64,000 nucleotides of DNA from positions 2,304,001-2,368,000 of the forward strand of contig OZ242011.1 in the NCBI GenBank assembly GCA_965204755.1. The letters are read 5' to 3'. The notes beneath the pieces are model-generated. The model did no database searches and had not been told where the DNA came from. It saw only the letters and a list, made by a program, of their open reading frames with translations. The translations under genes and the position numbers were made by a program. Source of the DNA: Candidatus Marinacidobacterium sp. GTDB lineage: Bacteria; Acidobacteriota; Vicinamibacteria; Marinacidobacterales; Marinacidobacteraceae. Positions 1-8,784 of this stretch are shown piece by piece; the first letter of the stretch is position 1, and the number at the start of each line of letters is the position of its first letter.

Positions 1-1
1 C

Positions 2-184
2 TCCCGGCGTGATCGGCAGGTCGTTCGGGTAGAGCCCGGTCCGCATGTAGATGTCGATGAAGTTGACCCCGGCGGCCTCCACCCGCACCCGGGCCTCCCC
101 GGGGCCCGGTGCGCGGGTCGGAACCTCTTCGAGGGACAGCGCTTCCGGCCCTCCGTGGCGGTGGATTCGAATCGCTTGCGGCAT
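2..184 (-). CDS. qor: Quinone oxidoreductase (zeta-crystallin/MDR family), N-terminal part; runs off the window edge
   Basis: Hand translation from the ATG at 184 gives MPQAIRIHRHGGPEALSLEEVPTRAPGPGEARVRVEAAGVNFIDIYMRTGLYP..., a typical Qor N-terminus (GGPE, GVNFID). Confidence 0.8.
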   Translation of the reverse strand, partial: MPQAIRIHRHGGPEALSLEEVPTRAPGPGEARVRVEAAGVNFIDIYMRTGLYPNDLPITPG

Positions 185-265
185 GGTCTCGCGCCTCCCG
201 GAACGCTCCGGACAGCATCCTACAATGGCCGGAAACGAGCGGTGGCCGGGGCAGGGACGGAGGAA

Positions 266-2263
266 ATGAGCAGCGGGAACGACGCCGGCGCTTCGGAAAC
301 GGCGCCGTCCGTCGAGTCCCGGCTCGCCGACCGGATCGCCCGGCTGCCGGAGACCGCCGGGGTCTATCTCTTCCGCTCGGCGAAGGGGCAGACCCTGTAT
401 GTGGGCAAGGCGGCCTCCCTCCGGGCGCGCGTCCTCTCCCACTTCCGCGCCCCGCCGGGGGACGCCCGCCGCGAAGCGCTGCTCGCGCAGACCGAGGAAG
501 TGGAAGTGGTGGCCACCGACTCGCCCCGGGAAGCGCTGCTGCTCGAGAACAACCTCATCAAGACGCGCCGCCCCCGCTACAACATCCTGCTGCGCGACGA
601 CAAGAACCCGCCGCTGGTCCGCCTCACCATGAACGAGACCTACCCGCGGGTCCACATCGTCCGGAATGCCGGCGCGGACGGCGCGGCCTACGCCGGCCCC
701 TACTTCCCGGCCAGCCTCGCCCGGCGCAGCATGAGCCTGGTGCACCGCCTGTTCGGCATCCGCAACTGCCGGGAGCAACTGAACGGCCGGCGGCCGCGCC
801 CCTGTCTCCAGTACCAGATCCGCCGCTGCATCGCGCCCTGCGTGGAGAGCGTCTGCTCGATCGAGGAGTACCGCGCCGCCGCCGAGTCGGCGAAGTTGTT
901 CCTCGCCGGGCGCACCGCCGAACTCACCGGCTCGCTCACCCGGCGGATGAAGGAAGAGGCCGAAGCGGAGCGGTTCGAGGAGGCCGCCCGGCTGCGCGAC
1001 AGCCTGCGCCTGCTGGCCGAGTTGAACGACCGCCAGAAGGTCGCCGGGGCCGACGGGGCGGCGCGCGATGTGTTCGGCTTCTACCGGGAGGGGGACCGGG
1101 CGGAACTCCAGGTGTTCCTGGTGCGCGGCGGGAAGGTGGTGGATCGGGACACCTTCGCGCTGAAGGACCTCCCGCCCACCGACGACGCCGGCCTCGTCGA
1201 GTCAGCCGTGAAGCAGTTCTACGAACTGGGGCGCCGGCCGCCGGCCCGCATCGAGTCCCCGCTCGACTTCCCGGAACGCGAGTTGATCGCGGACTGGCTC
1301 AGCGAAAAACGCGGCGCCCGCGTCGAGATCGCCGTACCGGTCAAGGGCCGCCGCCGGCGGATGGTGGACCTGGTCTGCCGCAACGCCCGGCTGGCCTTCG
1401 ACCTGGACTTCCGGGAATCCGGACGGAAGGCGGCGGCGCGCGTCCGGGCGCTCCGGGAGGCGCTCGGGCTCTCCGCGGCGCCGAACCGGATCGAGGCCTT
1501 CGACATCTCCAACTTCCAGGGGAAGCAGGTCGTCGCCTCGATGGTGGTCGTCGAACGGGGCGAGCCGCTCCCTTCCGCCTACCGGAAGTTCCGCATCCGC
1601 TCCGCCGCCGGCAAGCCGGACGACTACGCCGCGATGCGGGAGGTGGTGCTCCGCCGCTACCGCCGGGTGCTGACCGAGGGCCAGGAACTCCCCGACCTGA
1701 TCCTGCTCGACGGCGGCCGGGGCCAACTCTCCTCGGCGGCCTCCGCGCTCCGCGACCTGGGACTCAGCCACCTCCCCCACGCGGCGCTCGCCAAGCGCGA
1801 GGAGGAGATCTGGCTCCCCGGCGCCCCCGACCCGCTCCGGCTGCCCGCCACTTCCCCGGCTCGCCAGTTGCTGGAGCGCGCCCGCGACGAAGCGCACCGC
1901 TTCGCGGTCACCTTCCACCGGAAGAGCCGGAAGGCGGACACCCTCCGGTCGGCGCTCGACGGGGTCCCCGGAATCGGTCCGCGCCGCCGCAGCGCCCTGC
2001 TCCGCCGGTTCGGCAGCCTCCGCCGGGTGGCCGAAGCGGACCGGTCGGAACTCGCCGCCGCGGTGGGGCCGGCGCTGGCGGAGCGGCTCCATGCCCGCCT
2101 CCATCCCGACCTCCATCCCGACCTCCATCCCGACGAGGCCCCCGGCGCCGCCGACCCCCTCCCGACCGCCGCCCGCCCCCTAGAATCCGCCGCCGTGCCC
2201 GAGCCTGCCCCGGCGTCCGCCGCCGAGAACCCGCCGAGCGGCGGACCCCGGGCCGATGCCTGA
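266..2263 (+). CDS. uvrC: Excinuclease ABC subunit C
   Basis: GIY-YIG (GVYLF..LYVGKA), Cys cluster (RPCLQYQIRRCIAPC), UVR domain (ERFEEAARLRD), RNase H-like domain (IEAFDIS, DLILLDGG) and HhH (GIGPRRR). ATG at 266 follows GGAGG. Confidence 0.96.
   Translation: MSSGNDAGASETAPSVESRLADRIARLPETAGVYLFRSAKGQTLYVGKAASLRARVLSHFRAPPGDARREALLAQTEEVEVVATDSPREALLLENNLIKTRRPRYNILLRDDKNPPLVRLTMNETYPRVHIVRNAGADGAAYAGPYFPASLARRSMSLVHRLFGIRNCREQLNGRRPRPCLQYQIRRCIAPCVESVCSIEEYRAAAESAKLFLAGRTAELTGSLTRRMKEEAEAERFEEAARLRDSLRLLAELNDRQKVAGADGAARDVFGFYREGDRAELQVFLVRGGKVVDRDTFALKDLPPTDDAGLVESAVKQFYELGRRPPARIESPLDFPERELIADWLSEKRGARVEIAVPVKGRRRRMVDLVCRNARLAFDLDFRESGRKAAARVRALREALGLSAAPNRIEAFDISNFQGKQVVASMVVVERGEPLPSAYRKFRIRSAAGKPDDYAAMREVVLRRYRRVLTEGQELPDLILLDGGRGQLSSAASALRDLGLSHLPHAALAKREEEIWLPGAPDPLRLPATSPARQLLERARDEAHRFAVTFHRKSRKADTLRSALDGVPGIGPRRRSALLRRFGSLRRVAEADRSELAAAVGPALAERLHARLHPDLHPDLHPDEAPGAADPLPTAARPLESAAVPEPAPASAAENPPSGGPRADA
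2099..2134 (+). repeat. 12-bp tandem repeat x3 (CTCCATCCCGAC, encoding LHPD) in the uvrC 3' end
   Basis: Read directly from the sequence. Confidence 0.9.
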
Positions 2264-3266
2264 CCCGTCCCGCGCCGGGCGCCCCCGGCTCCTCTCCGGG
2301 ATGCGCCCCACCGGTTCCTCCCACATCGGGCACCTGGTCGGCGCCTACCGCAACTGGGTGGCGATGCAGGACGAATGCGACGCCTTCTACTGCATCGTGG
2401 ACTGGCACGCGCTCACCACCGACTACCGGGACACCGGGGACCTCCGGCAGAACACCCTGGAGATCGCCACCGACTGGCTGGCGGTGGGGCTCGACCCCTC
2501 CCGCTGCGCGCTGTTCGTCCAGTCGCAGGTGCCGGAGCACGCCGAACTCCACCTCCTCCTCTCGATGGTGGTTCCCCTCGGCTGGCTGGAGCGCGTCCCC
2601 ACCTACAAGGAGCAACTGCGCGAGTTGGAGGACCGGGACATCCACACCTACGGCTTCCTCGGCTACCCGGTGCTCCAGGCCGCGGACATCCTCATCTATG
2701 ACGCCGCGGTGGTGCCGGTCGGCGAAGACCAGCGCCCGCATGTGGAACTGACCCGGGAGATCGCCCGCCGGTTCAACGGGATCTACGGCCCGGTGCTCAC
2801 CGAACCGCAGACGCGCCTCACCCCTTCGCCCCGGCTGCTCGGCACCGACGGGCGCAAGATGTCCAAGAGTTACGACAATGTGATCGGGCTCGCCGAGGAC
2901 GAGACCGCCATCCGCTCGCGGCTGAAGACGATGGTCACCGACCCGGCGCGGAAGCGGCGGACGGACCCCGGGGACCCGGAGAAATGCCCGGTGTTCGACC
3001 TCCACCGGGTGTTCTCCGACGACGAGACCCGGGAGTGGGCCGCCGCCGGCTGCCGCTCCGCGGGGATCGGCTGCATCGAGTGCAAGAGCCGGCTGGCGGA
3101 CCGGGTCGTCGCCGAAGTCGCCCCGATCGCCGAACGCCGCCGGGGCTACGCGCAGCGTCCCGACGAAGTGCGCGATGTGCTCGCCGCCGGCCGGCGGGAG
3201 GCGCAGGAGGTGGCCGCCGCCACCATGGAGCGGGTGCGGTCGGCGGTGCGCCTTCCCACCGCGTGA
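2256..3266 (+). CDS. trpS: Tryptophan--tRNA ligase
   Basis: HIGH motif (SGMRPTGSSHIGH), YPVLQAADIL, VPVGEDQ and KMSKS. Confidence 0.97.
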   Translation: MPDPSRAGRPRLLSGMRPTGSSHIGHLVGAYRNWVAMQDECDAFYCIVDWHALTTDYRDTGDLRQNTLEIATDWLAVGLDPSRCALFVQSQVPEHAELHLLLSMVVPLGWLERVPTYKEQLRELEDRDIHTYGFLGYPVLQAADILIYDAAVVPVGEDQRPHVELTREIARRFNGIYGPVLTEPQTRLTPSPRLLGTDGRKMSKSYDNVIGLAEDETAIRSRLKTMVTDPARKRRTDPGDPEKCPVFDLHRVFSDDETREWAAAGCRSAGIGCIECKSRLADRVVAEVAPIAERRRGYAQRPDEVRDVLAAGRREAQEVAAATMERVRSAVRLPTA

Positions 3267-4099
3267 GTTCGCGCCTCTACCTCGCGGAACCCGACGCCGG
3301 CGGCGCCCCGGCGGGGCCCGGCCGACCGGTCTATCACCTGCGGCTCGACGGCGCGGCGGTGCGCGCCGAGGGGGTGGAGTTCGACGGGCCGCTGGAGATG
3401 CTGCTCCGGATGGTGCGCGACGGACGGGCCGACCCGCTGCGAATCGAGATCTCGGCGATCACCCGGCAGTACCTGGACGCGCTCGAGGTGCTGGAGATCC
3501 TCGACCTGGGCCTCGGCTCCGAGTTCCTGAAGATGGCGACCGCGCTCCTGCGCATCAAGGCGCGGCGGCTCCTGCCGGTCGAACGAGTCGAAGAGCCGGT
3601 GGAGGAGACCGACCCGCTCGCCGAGATGGAGGCCCGCCTCCGGGACTACGCCCGCTACCGGGACGCCGCGGCCAAACTGCGGGAGAGCCTGCGGGTGCGC
3701 AGTTCGGTCTGGGTGCGGCCGCCGTCCCTGCCGGCGGCGGACGAGGAGGGGAACGGCGCCGACGCCCCGCGGGAAGAGATCCTGGATGTGGACCTCTTCG
3801 CGGTGGTCGAGGCCTTCCGGCGGGTCATGGAGCGCGCCCGGTCGCGGCCGAAGCCGCCGGTGCCCATCCCGCGGATCCCGGTGGCGGTGCTGGTGCGGCG
3901 GATCGAGACTGCGGCCCCGGTGGGTGAGCGGCGGTCGTTCGAGGAGGTCCTGGAGGAGATCCTGGACGGCGGGGTGAACCGTCCGGCGCTGGTGGCGGCG
4001 TTCCTCGCGGTGCTGGAACTGGCGCGCCGGCGGCGGATCTCCGTCGGGCAGGAGCGGAACTTCGGCCGGATCTGGATCGAGGGCCGGGCGGCGGAATGA
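3263..4099 (+). CDS. scpA: Segregation and condensation protein A (kleisin)
   Basis: FDGPLEMLL...IEISAITRQYL, FLKMATALLRIKARRLLP and C-terminal FLAVLELAR..QERNFGRI. The GTG start overlaps the trpS stop (GTGA). Confidence 0.92.
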   Translation: MSSRLYLAEPDAGGAPAGPGRPVYHLRLDGAAVRAEGVEFDGPLEMLLRMVRDGRADPLRIEISAITRQYLDALEVLEILDLGLGSEFLKMATALLRIKARRLLPVERVEEPVEETDPLAEMEARLRDYARYRDAAAKLRESLRVRSSVWVRPPSLPAADEEGNGADAPREEILDVDLFAVVEAFRRVMERARSRPKPPVPIPRIPVAVLVRRIETAAPVGERRSFEEVLEEILDGGVNRPALVAAFLAVLELARRRRISVGQERNFGRIWIEGRAAE

Positions 4100-5253
4100 C
4101 CGGGTCGGAGCGGAACGGTTCCGGGGCCGCGGGCGCGGCGGTCCTCCCGGCGCCCGGCGCCGAGCCGGCCGAAATGCCCGGCGCCGAGCCGGCCGAAATG
4201 CCCGGCGCCGAGCCGGCCGAAATGCTCGACGCGCCGGTCGAGGGCGCCGAGGCGCCCGCGCCCGCCGGAGAAGACGAGTCCCCGCCGGCGCCGGGAGCGC
4301 CGGGTGGCGGCTCGGCGGACACGCCCGGCGCGCCGGTCGAAAGCGCCGAGGCGGCCGCGCCCGCCGGGGGAGACGAGCCGCTGCCCGAACCCGTTCCCGG
4401 GGAAGAGGCGGCCCCGCTTCCCGACTCGCTGCTCGCCGCCGTGGAGGCGCTGCTCTTCTCCCACGGGGAGCCGGTCGCGCGGGGGAAACTGGCGCTCGCG
4501 CTCGACGAGCCCCCGGAGCGGATCGACGCGGCGCTCGCCGCGTTGGAAGCCCGCTGGAGCGCCCCGGCCTCCGGTCTCCGGCTGGCCCGGGTCGCGGGCG
4601 GCGTCCAACTCACCACCCGCGCCGAACTGCGGGAAGTGATCGAACGGCTGCTCGCGCCGAAGCGCGACGACGCGCTCTCCGAGTCGGCGCTGGACGCGCT
4701 CTCGGTGATCGCCTACCGCCAGCCCATCACCCTGCCGGAGTTGAACGAGTTGCGCGGGGTGAACTCGCAGAGCGTGGTCTCCACCCTGCTCCGCCGCCGC
4801 CTCGTCCGGGCCCGCGGGCGCAAACCCGTCGTCGGGCGGCCGCTGCTCTACGGCACCACCCCGGAATTCCTGGAGCGTTTCGGGCTGGAAGGGTTGGACG
4901 ACCTGCCGGAACTGCGGGAACTCGCCGACCCGACGGCGCCGCCCGCCCGGTCCGCGAGCGGTTCCGCCGGGAACGCGGAGGGCCCCGGCGAAGCCGGTTC
5001 GGGCCCCGGCGAAGCGGGTTCGGACCCCGGCGCAGCCGGTTCGGACGCTGACGCGGCCGGTTCGGACCCCGACGCAGCCGGTTCGGACACTGACGCAATC
5101 GGCTCGCCCGCCGACGCGGCCGGCTCGGACGCTGACGCGGCCGGCTCGCCCGCCGACACGGCCGGCTCGACCGCCGATGCCGCCGGCTCGGACACCGGCT
5201 CGGACACCGACGCCGCGCCGCTCGCGGAACCCGAATCCGCCGAACCCGCGTGA
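4096..5253 (+). CDS. scpB: SMC-Scp complex subunit ScpB with long low-complexity N- and C-terminal extensions
   Basis: VEALLF, LSVIAYRQPIT..ELRGVNS and GRPLLYGTTPEFLERFGL. ATGA coupling to scpA. Confidence 0.93.
   Translation: MTGSERNGSGAAGAAVLPAPGAEPAEMPGAEPAEMPGAEPAEMLDAPVEGAEAPAPAGEDESPPAPGAPGGGSADTPGAPVESAEAAAPAGGDEPLPEPVPGEEAAPLPDSLLAAVEALLFSHGEPVARGKLALALDEPPERIDAALAALEARWSAPASGLRLARVAGGVQLTTRAELREVIERLLAPKRDDALSESALDALSVIAYRQPITLPELNELRGVNSQSVVSTLLRRRLVRARGRKPVVGRPLLYGTTPEFLERFGLEGLDDLPELRELADPTAPPARSASGSAGNAEGPGEAGSGPGEAGSDPGAAGSDADAAGSDPDAAGSDTDAIGSPADAAGSDADAAGSPADTAGSTADAAGSDTGSDTDAAPLAEPESAEPA
4153..4224 (+). repeat. 24-bp perfect tandem repeat x3 (encoding PGAEPAEM) in the scpB 5' region
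   Basis: CCCGGCGCCGAGCCGGCCGAAATG at 4153, 4177 and 4201. Confidence 0.92.
4980..5212 (+). repeat. Degenerate 21-bp tandem repeat (about 10 units, 7-aa AGSDxxA/AGSPADA) in the scpB 3' region
   Basis: Recurring GCCGG(T/C)TCG core with a 21-nt period; peptide GSGPGEA-GSDPGAA-GSDADAA-GSDPDAA... Confidence 0.85.
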
Positions 5254-6737
5254 TGGCCGCGGAGCGGCTCCAGAAACTCATCTCCGCCGCCGGGATCGCC
5301 TCCCGCCGGGCCGCCGAACGGCTCATGGTCGAAGGGCGCGTGACCGTGGACGGGGAAGTCGTCCGCGCCCTCGGCGCGCGCGCCGACCCGGAGACCGCCG
5401 ATATCCGGGTGGACGGGGCGCGCCTCCGCGGCCTCGGCCGGCCCCGCCGCTATGTGGCCCTGAACAAGCCGGTCGGCCACCTCACCACCCGCTCCGACCC
5501 CTCCCGCCGCCCGACGGTCATGGACCTGCTGCCGCTCTCGCTCCGCTCGCTCTCCCCGGTGGGCCGCCTGGACGCCGCGAGTTCCGGCCTGGTGCTGCTC
5601 ACCGACGACGGCGCCTTGGCGCAGCGGATCGCCCATCCCCGCTACCGCCTGCCGAAGACCTACCTGGCCACCGTGCGCGGCCTGCCCGACGACGAGGCCC
5701 TCGCCCGCGCCTGCCGCGGCCTGCGCGTGGACGGCGAGTTCCTCCGCCTCGACGAGGCGGAAGTCCTCGCCCGCTTCCCCCACCGCCAGGAGAGCCGCCG
5801 CCGCGCCCGACTCCGCATCACCCTCCGCGGCGGCCGCAACCGCGAGATCCGCCGGGTGCTCGGCGTCCTCGGCCACCCGGTGGTCGAACTCCACCGCACC
5901 CGCATCGGCAGCCTCCCCGACCGGGGCCTCCGCCCGGGCAAGTGGCGGAAACTGACCTCCGACGAAGTGGACGAACTCCGCGCGGCGGCAGGCGCCGCCT
6001 CCGCCGAAGACTCGCCGGCGGAGGCGGACGAAGGCGGCGCTCCGCCGACCGACGACGGGACTCCCGAGCCGCCCGCCCCCGAACCGCCGCCGTTCGTGGT
6101 CGCCATAGACGGCCCGGCGGGTTCCGGCAAGACCTCGGTCGCCCGCGCGGTCGCGGACCGGTTCGGCCTCCCCTACTTCAACACCGGCGCCTCGGTTCGC
6201 GCCGTCGCCCTCGGAGCGATGCGTCTCGGCATCCCGCTGGACGAAGGCCCGCCCCTCCGCGCCGTCGCCTACCGGGTGATCCTCGACCCCGCCGGCCGCG
6301 TCTTCCTCGACGGCGAGGAGGTCTCGACCGCGGTGCGCGCCCCGGAAGTCTCGCGGGGCGCCTCCGAAGTGGCCGTCCACCCGGAACTCCGCGAAGTCCT
6401 CGCCGCCCGCTGGCGCAGCGCCGCCGGCGGCGGGGGCGTGGTGGAAGGCCGCGACATCGGCACCGTCGTCTTCCCGGACGCCCCGGTAAAGGTCTTCCTC
6501 GAAGCCCGCCCGGAGGTCCGCGCCCGCCGCCGGTCCTCCGACGAGGGCGACCGCGATGTGCGCGTGGTGGAAGCCGAACTCAAGGGCCGCGACGACACCG
6601 ACAAGGGCCGCGAAGTCGCCCCCCTCCGCCGCGCCGCCGACGCCCACACGGTGGACACGAGCGACCTGACCTTGGAGGAAACCGTGGATCAGGTCGCTGC
6701 CCTGGTGGCGTCCGCCCGCGACGAGCATCCCGGGTGA
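5250..6737 (+). CDS. rluB-cmk: Fused 23S rRNA pseudouridine synthase (RluB/RsuA family) and cytidylate kinase
   Basis: N-part: S4 domain (ERLQKLISAAGIASRR), LNKPVG, VGRLD and GRNREIRR. Pro/Ala-rich linker. C-part: AIDGPAGSGKT, VEGRDIGTVVFPDA and RARRR. One continuous ORF. Confidence 0.9.
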   Translation: MMAAERLQKLISAAGIASRRAAERLMVEGRVTVDGEVVRALGARADPETADIRVDGARLRGLGRPRRYVALNKPVGHLTTRSDPSRRPTVMDLLPLSLRSLSPVGRLDAASSGLVLLTDDGALAQRIAHPRYRLPKTYLATVRGLPDDEALARACRGLRVDGEFLRLDEAEVLARFPHRQESRRRARLRITLRGGRNREIRRVLGVLGHPVVELHRTRIGSLPDRGLRPGKWRKLTSDEVDELRAAAGAASAEDSPAEADEGGAPPTDDGTPEPPAPEPPPFVVAIDGPAGSGKTSVARAVADRFGLPYFNTGASVRAVALGAMRLGIPLDEGPPLRAVAYRVILDPAGRVFLDGEEVSTAVRAPEVSRGASEVAVHPELREVLAARWRSAAGGGGVVEGRDIGTVVFPDAPVKVFLEARPEVRARRRSSDEGDRDVRVVEAELKGRDDTDKGREVAPLRRAADAHTVDTSDLTLEETVDQVAALVASARDEHPG

Positions 6738-6857
6738 TCCGGCGAGCCGCGCCGTCCGTCGCGCGGCCGTTCCATAGACTCCCGCCATGATCCGCCGCTT
6801 CCAAGCCCTCGGCTACCGCTGCTTCCGGTATGTGGACCTCGAACTCGACCGGTTCCA
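6737..6857 (+). repeat. ~120-bp near-identical repeat (upstream region + 5' end of the ATPase gene); second copy at 8802-8920
   Basis: ATCCGGCGAGCCGCGCCGTCCGTCGCG..GTTCCATAGACTCCCGCCATGATCCGCCGCTTCCA..GACCGGTTCCA is present at both loci. Confidence 0.92.
6775..6786 (+). promoter_or_regulatory. Putative -10 element directly upstream of the start codon (leaderless promoter)
   Basis: TAGACT-CCCGCC-ATG with no Shine-Dalgarno. Same arrangement at 8838-8849, and TACACT at 39281. Confidence 0.55.
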
Positions 6858-8046
6858 GGTCCTCGTCGGCGCGAACGCGAGCGGAAAGAGCACTCTCTTC
6901 GACGCCCTGAGTTTCCTCGAGGGTCTCGTCGATGTCGGTCTCTTCAAGACCATAGAGAGCCGCGGTGGCAACTTCCAGGATCTCGTCTGGAAGCGCCCCG
7001 AGAGGGCCCTCGGCTTCGAATTAGCCGTGGAGATCGAAATCCCTTCGTCCGGACTCGCGGTGTACGCCGACGGACGATACGACCGCGTGCGCTACGAGGT
7101 CGAGATTCGCGAAGACACCTCTCGGGGACTCCACATCGCGCGGGAGCAGTGGTTTCCCCTCTCCGCCGATCCTACCGAGGACCGTGTGAGAGATCGCTTC
7201 CCCGATCCGCCGACACCGCCGGACACTCTCTTCACGCGTTTCGGGACCGGTCAGTCCGTGTCCGCCCCGAACGATCTGCCCGGAGGGGGTGACCGGACGC
7301 CCTTGGAGGTCGCTTACCCGGTCAAGGGGCAGAATCGTGAGTCGCTGCTCTCGGCTCTCAGGCGTCTTCCTGCCGTGCCCGGTGACGATTTCGCCGTGCA
7401 CCATTGGTTGAAGGGGGAACTGGGAGGCACGGTAGGCATGTCTCTCGACACCGACGCCCTCCGAAGGCCGAGTCCCCCAAACATGTTCCGTTACCCGCTG
7501 ACGCGTAGCGGCTCCACCTTGCCTTGGCTCGTTGATCGGTTGAGAGCCGAAGAGCGCGAGGACTACGAGGAATGGCTCCACCATGTGACCGCGTTCCTTC
7601 CCGACATCAGCAGCGTCGAGACGGTAGTTCGGCCGGAAGATCGACACGCGTATCTGGTCGTGCGCTACGCCTCCGGCCTCTTCGCGCCCGCTTGGGCCGT
7701 GTCCGACGGGACGCTTCGATTGCTGGCGCTGACGCTCCTCGCCTATCTTCCGTCGGAAACCGTTCCTTGCCGGCGATTCTTCATCGAAGAGCCCGAGAAC
7801 GGTCTCCATCCGGATGCGGTGGATGCAGTGTACGACTCGCTGGCTTCGGTGTACGACCACCAAGTTTTCGTGGCGACACATTCTCCCGCGATCCTGAGGC
7901 GCGCCTACCCGGAGGAGATCTTCGTCTTCGCCCGCGTCGAGGACGACACGACGGATATCGTGCGCGGCGACCGCCACCCGATGTTGAGGGAATGGAAGGA
8001 GAATGTGGATACGACGGCCCTGTTCTCGACGGGAGTCTTCGGTTGA
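6787..8046 (+). CDS. ABC/OLD-type ATPase, MADS MAD3-like (copy 1)
   Basis: Walker A GANASGKST, signature VSDGTLR, Walker B IEEPENGLHP, H-loop ATHSP. N-terminal MIRRFQALGYRC..LDRFQVLVG and C-terminal DIVRGDRHP match my recollection of MAD3-family proteins. Confidence 0.8.
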   Translation: MIRRFQALGYRCFRYVDLELDRFQVLVGANASGKSTLFDALSFLEGLVDVGLFKTIESRGGNFQDLVWKRPERALGFELAVEIEIPSSGLAVYADGRYDRVRYEVEIREDTSRGLHIAREQWFPLSADPTEDRVRDRFPDPPTPPDTLFTRFGTGQSVSAPNDLPGGGDRTPLEVAYPVKGQNRESLLSALRRLPAVPGDDFAVHHWLKGELGGTVGMSLDTDALRRPSPPNMFRYPLTRSGSTLPWLVDRLRAEEREDYEEWLHHVTAFLPDISSVETVVRPEDRHAYLVVRYASGLFAPAWAVSDGTLRLLALTLLAYLPSETVPCRRFFIEEPENGLHPDAVDAVYDSLASVYDHQVFVATHSPAILRRAYPEEIFVFARVEDDTTDIVRGDRHPMLREWKENVDTTALFSTGVFG

Positions 8047-8729
8047 GCGCGGTCGTCGGGGACCGGGAGGACCTGGTCGTCCTCGTCGCCGATACGGATG
8101 CGATGCGCGCCATCGAGGCGATACTGGCCCGGCCCACCGACCTCGGGATTCGACCGATTCGGTGCTCCGTGCGGCAGGAATCGGGTCACGATGCCGCGTG
8201 CCGGATCCGCGCCGCCGACAACCTTCGCGAAGTCCACCACCTCTTCCACCATGCGTTGGTCGTCTTCGACCACCACGGATGCAGCAGTTCGGCCCCCAGG
8301 GAGCGAGTCCAGGAAGAAGTGACGGCCCGCTTGCGGATCAACGGCTGGGGGGACCGAGCGAAGGCCATCGTCATCGAGCCGGAACTCGAGGCGTGGGCGT
8401 GGGGAGACACCGCAGGCTTGGCCGGCGCGCTCGGGTGGGATGAGCGGTTGCTCGTGGAGTCCTTGGCCAAACGGGGGCTCCGCGAACCGCCGGGGAGCAA
8501 GCCGGCGGACCCCAAGAAAGCGCTGGAGATCGCGGTGCGAGGGGCTCCGCATCGAAGAGGGAGAGGGCGAAAGAAACTGTCGCCGCGCCTGTATCAGGAG
8601 TTGGCGGCCGTCATCCCCATGACCGGCTGCCGGGACCCGGCGTTCGGGGAACTGCGGCGGACTTTGCGGACCTGGTTTCCGCCACGCGTCTCCGGGCTGG
8701 CCGGAAGCGATGCCCCTGTGTCTTCGTAA
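8043..8729 (+). CDS. MADS MAD4-like (TOPRIM/DUF4276-like) protein (copy 1)
   Basis: DLVVLVAD, LGIRPI, HALVVFD, IVIEPELEAWAW, KPADPK and CRDPAF. TTG start overlaps the ATPase stop. Confidence 0.75.
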   Translation: MSAVVGDREDLVVLVADTDAMRAIEAILARPTDLGIRPIRCSVRQESGHDAACRIRAADNLREVHHLFHHALVVFDHHGCSSSAPRERVQEEVTARLRINGWGDRAKAIVIEPELEAWAWGDTAGLAGALGWDERLLVESLAKRGLREPPGSKPADPKKALEIAVRGAPHRRGRGRKKLSPRLYQELAAVIPMTGCRDPAFGELRRTLRTWFPPRVSGLAGSDAPVSS

Positions 8730-8784
8730 GTTCCAGGCGCTGCGACAGACTCCGGTGCCCTGTTGCATCTCACGGGACCCCCTC

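Noticed and set aside
109-2751. Very long alternative-frame and antisense ORFs here and throughout (e.g. 16897-20328, 17129-20284, 30451-33783, 31158-34379, 42753-45278)
   Set aside because: Arg/Pro/Gly-rich shadow ORFs expected in very high-GC DNA; they overlap well-supported genes and show no motifs.
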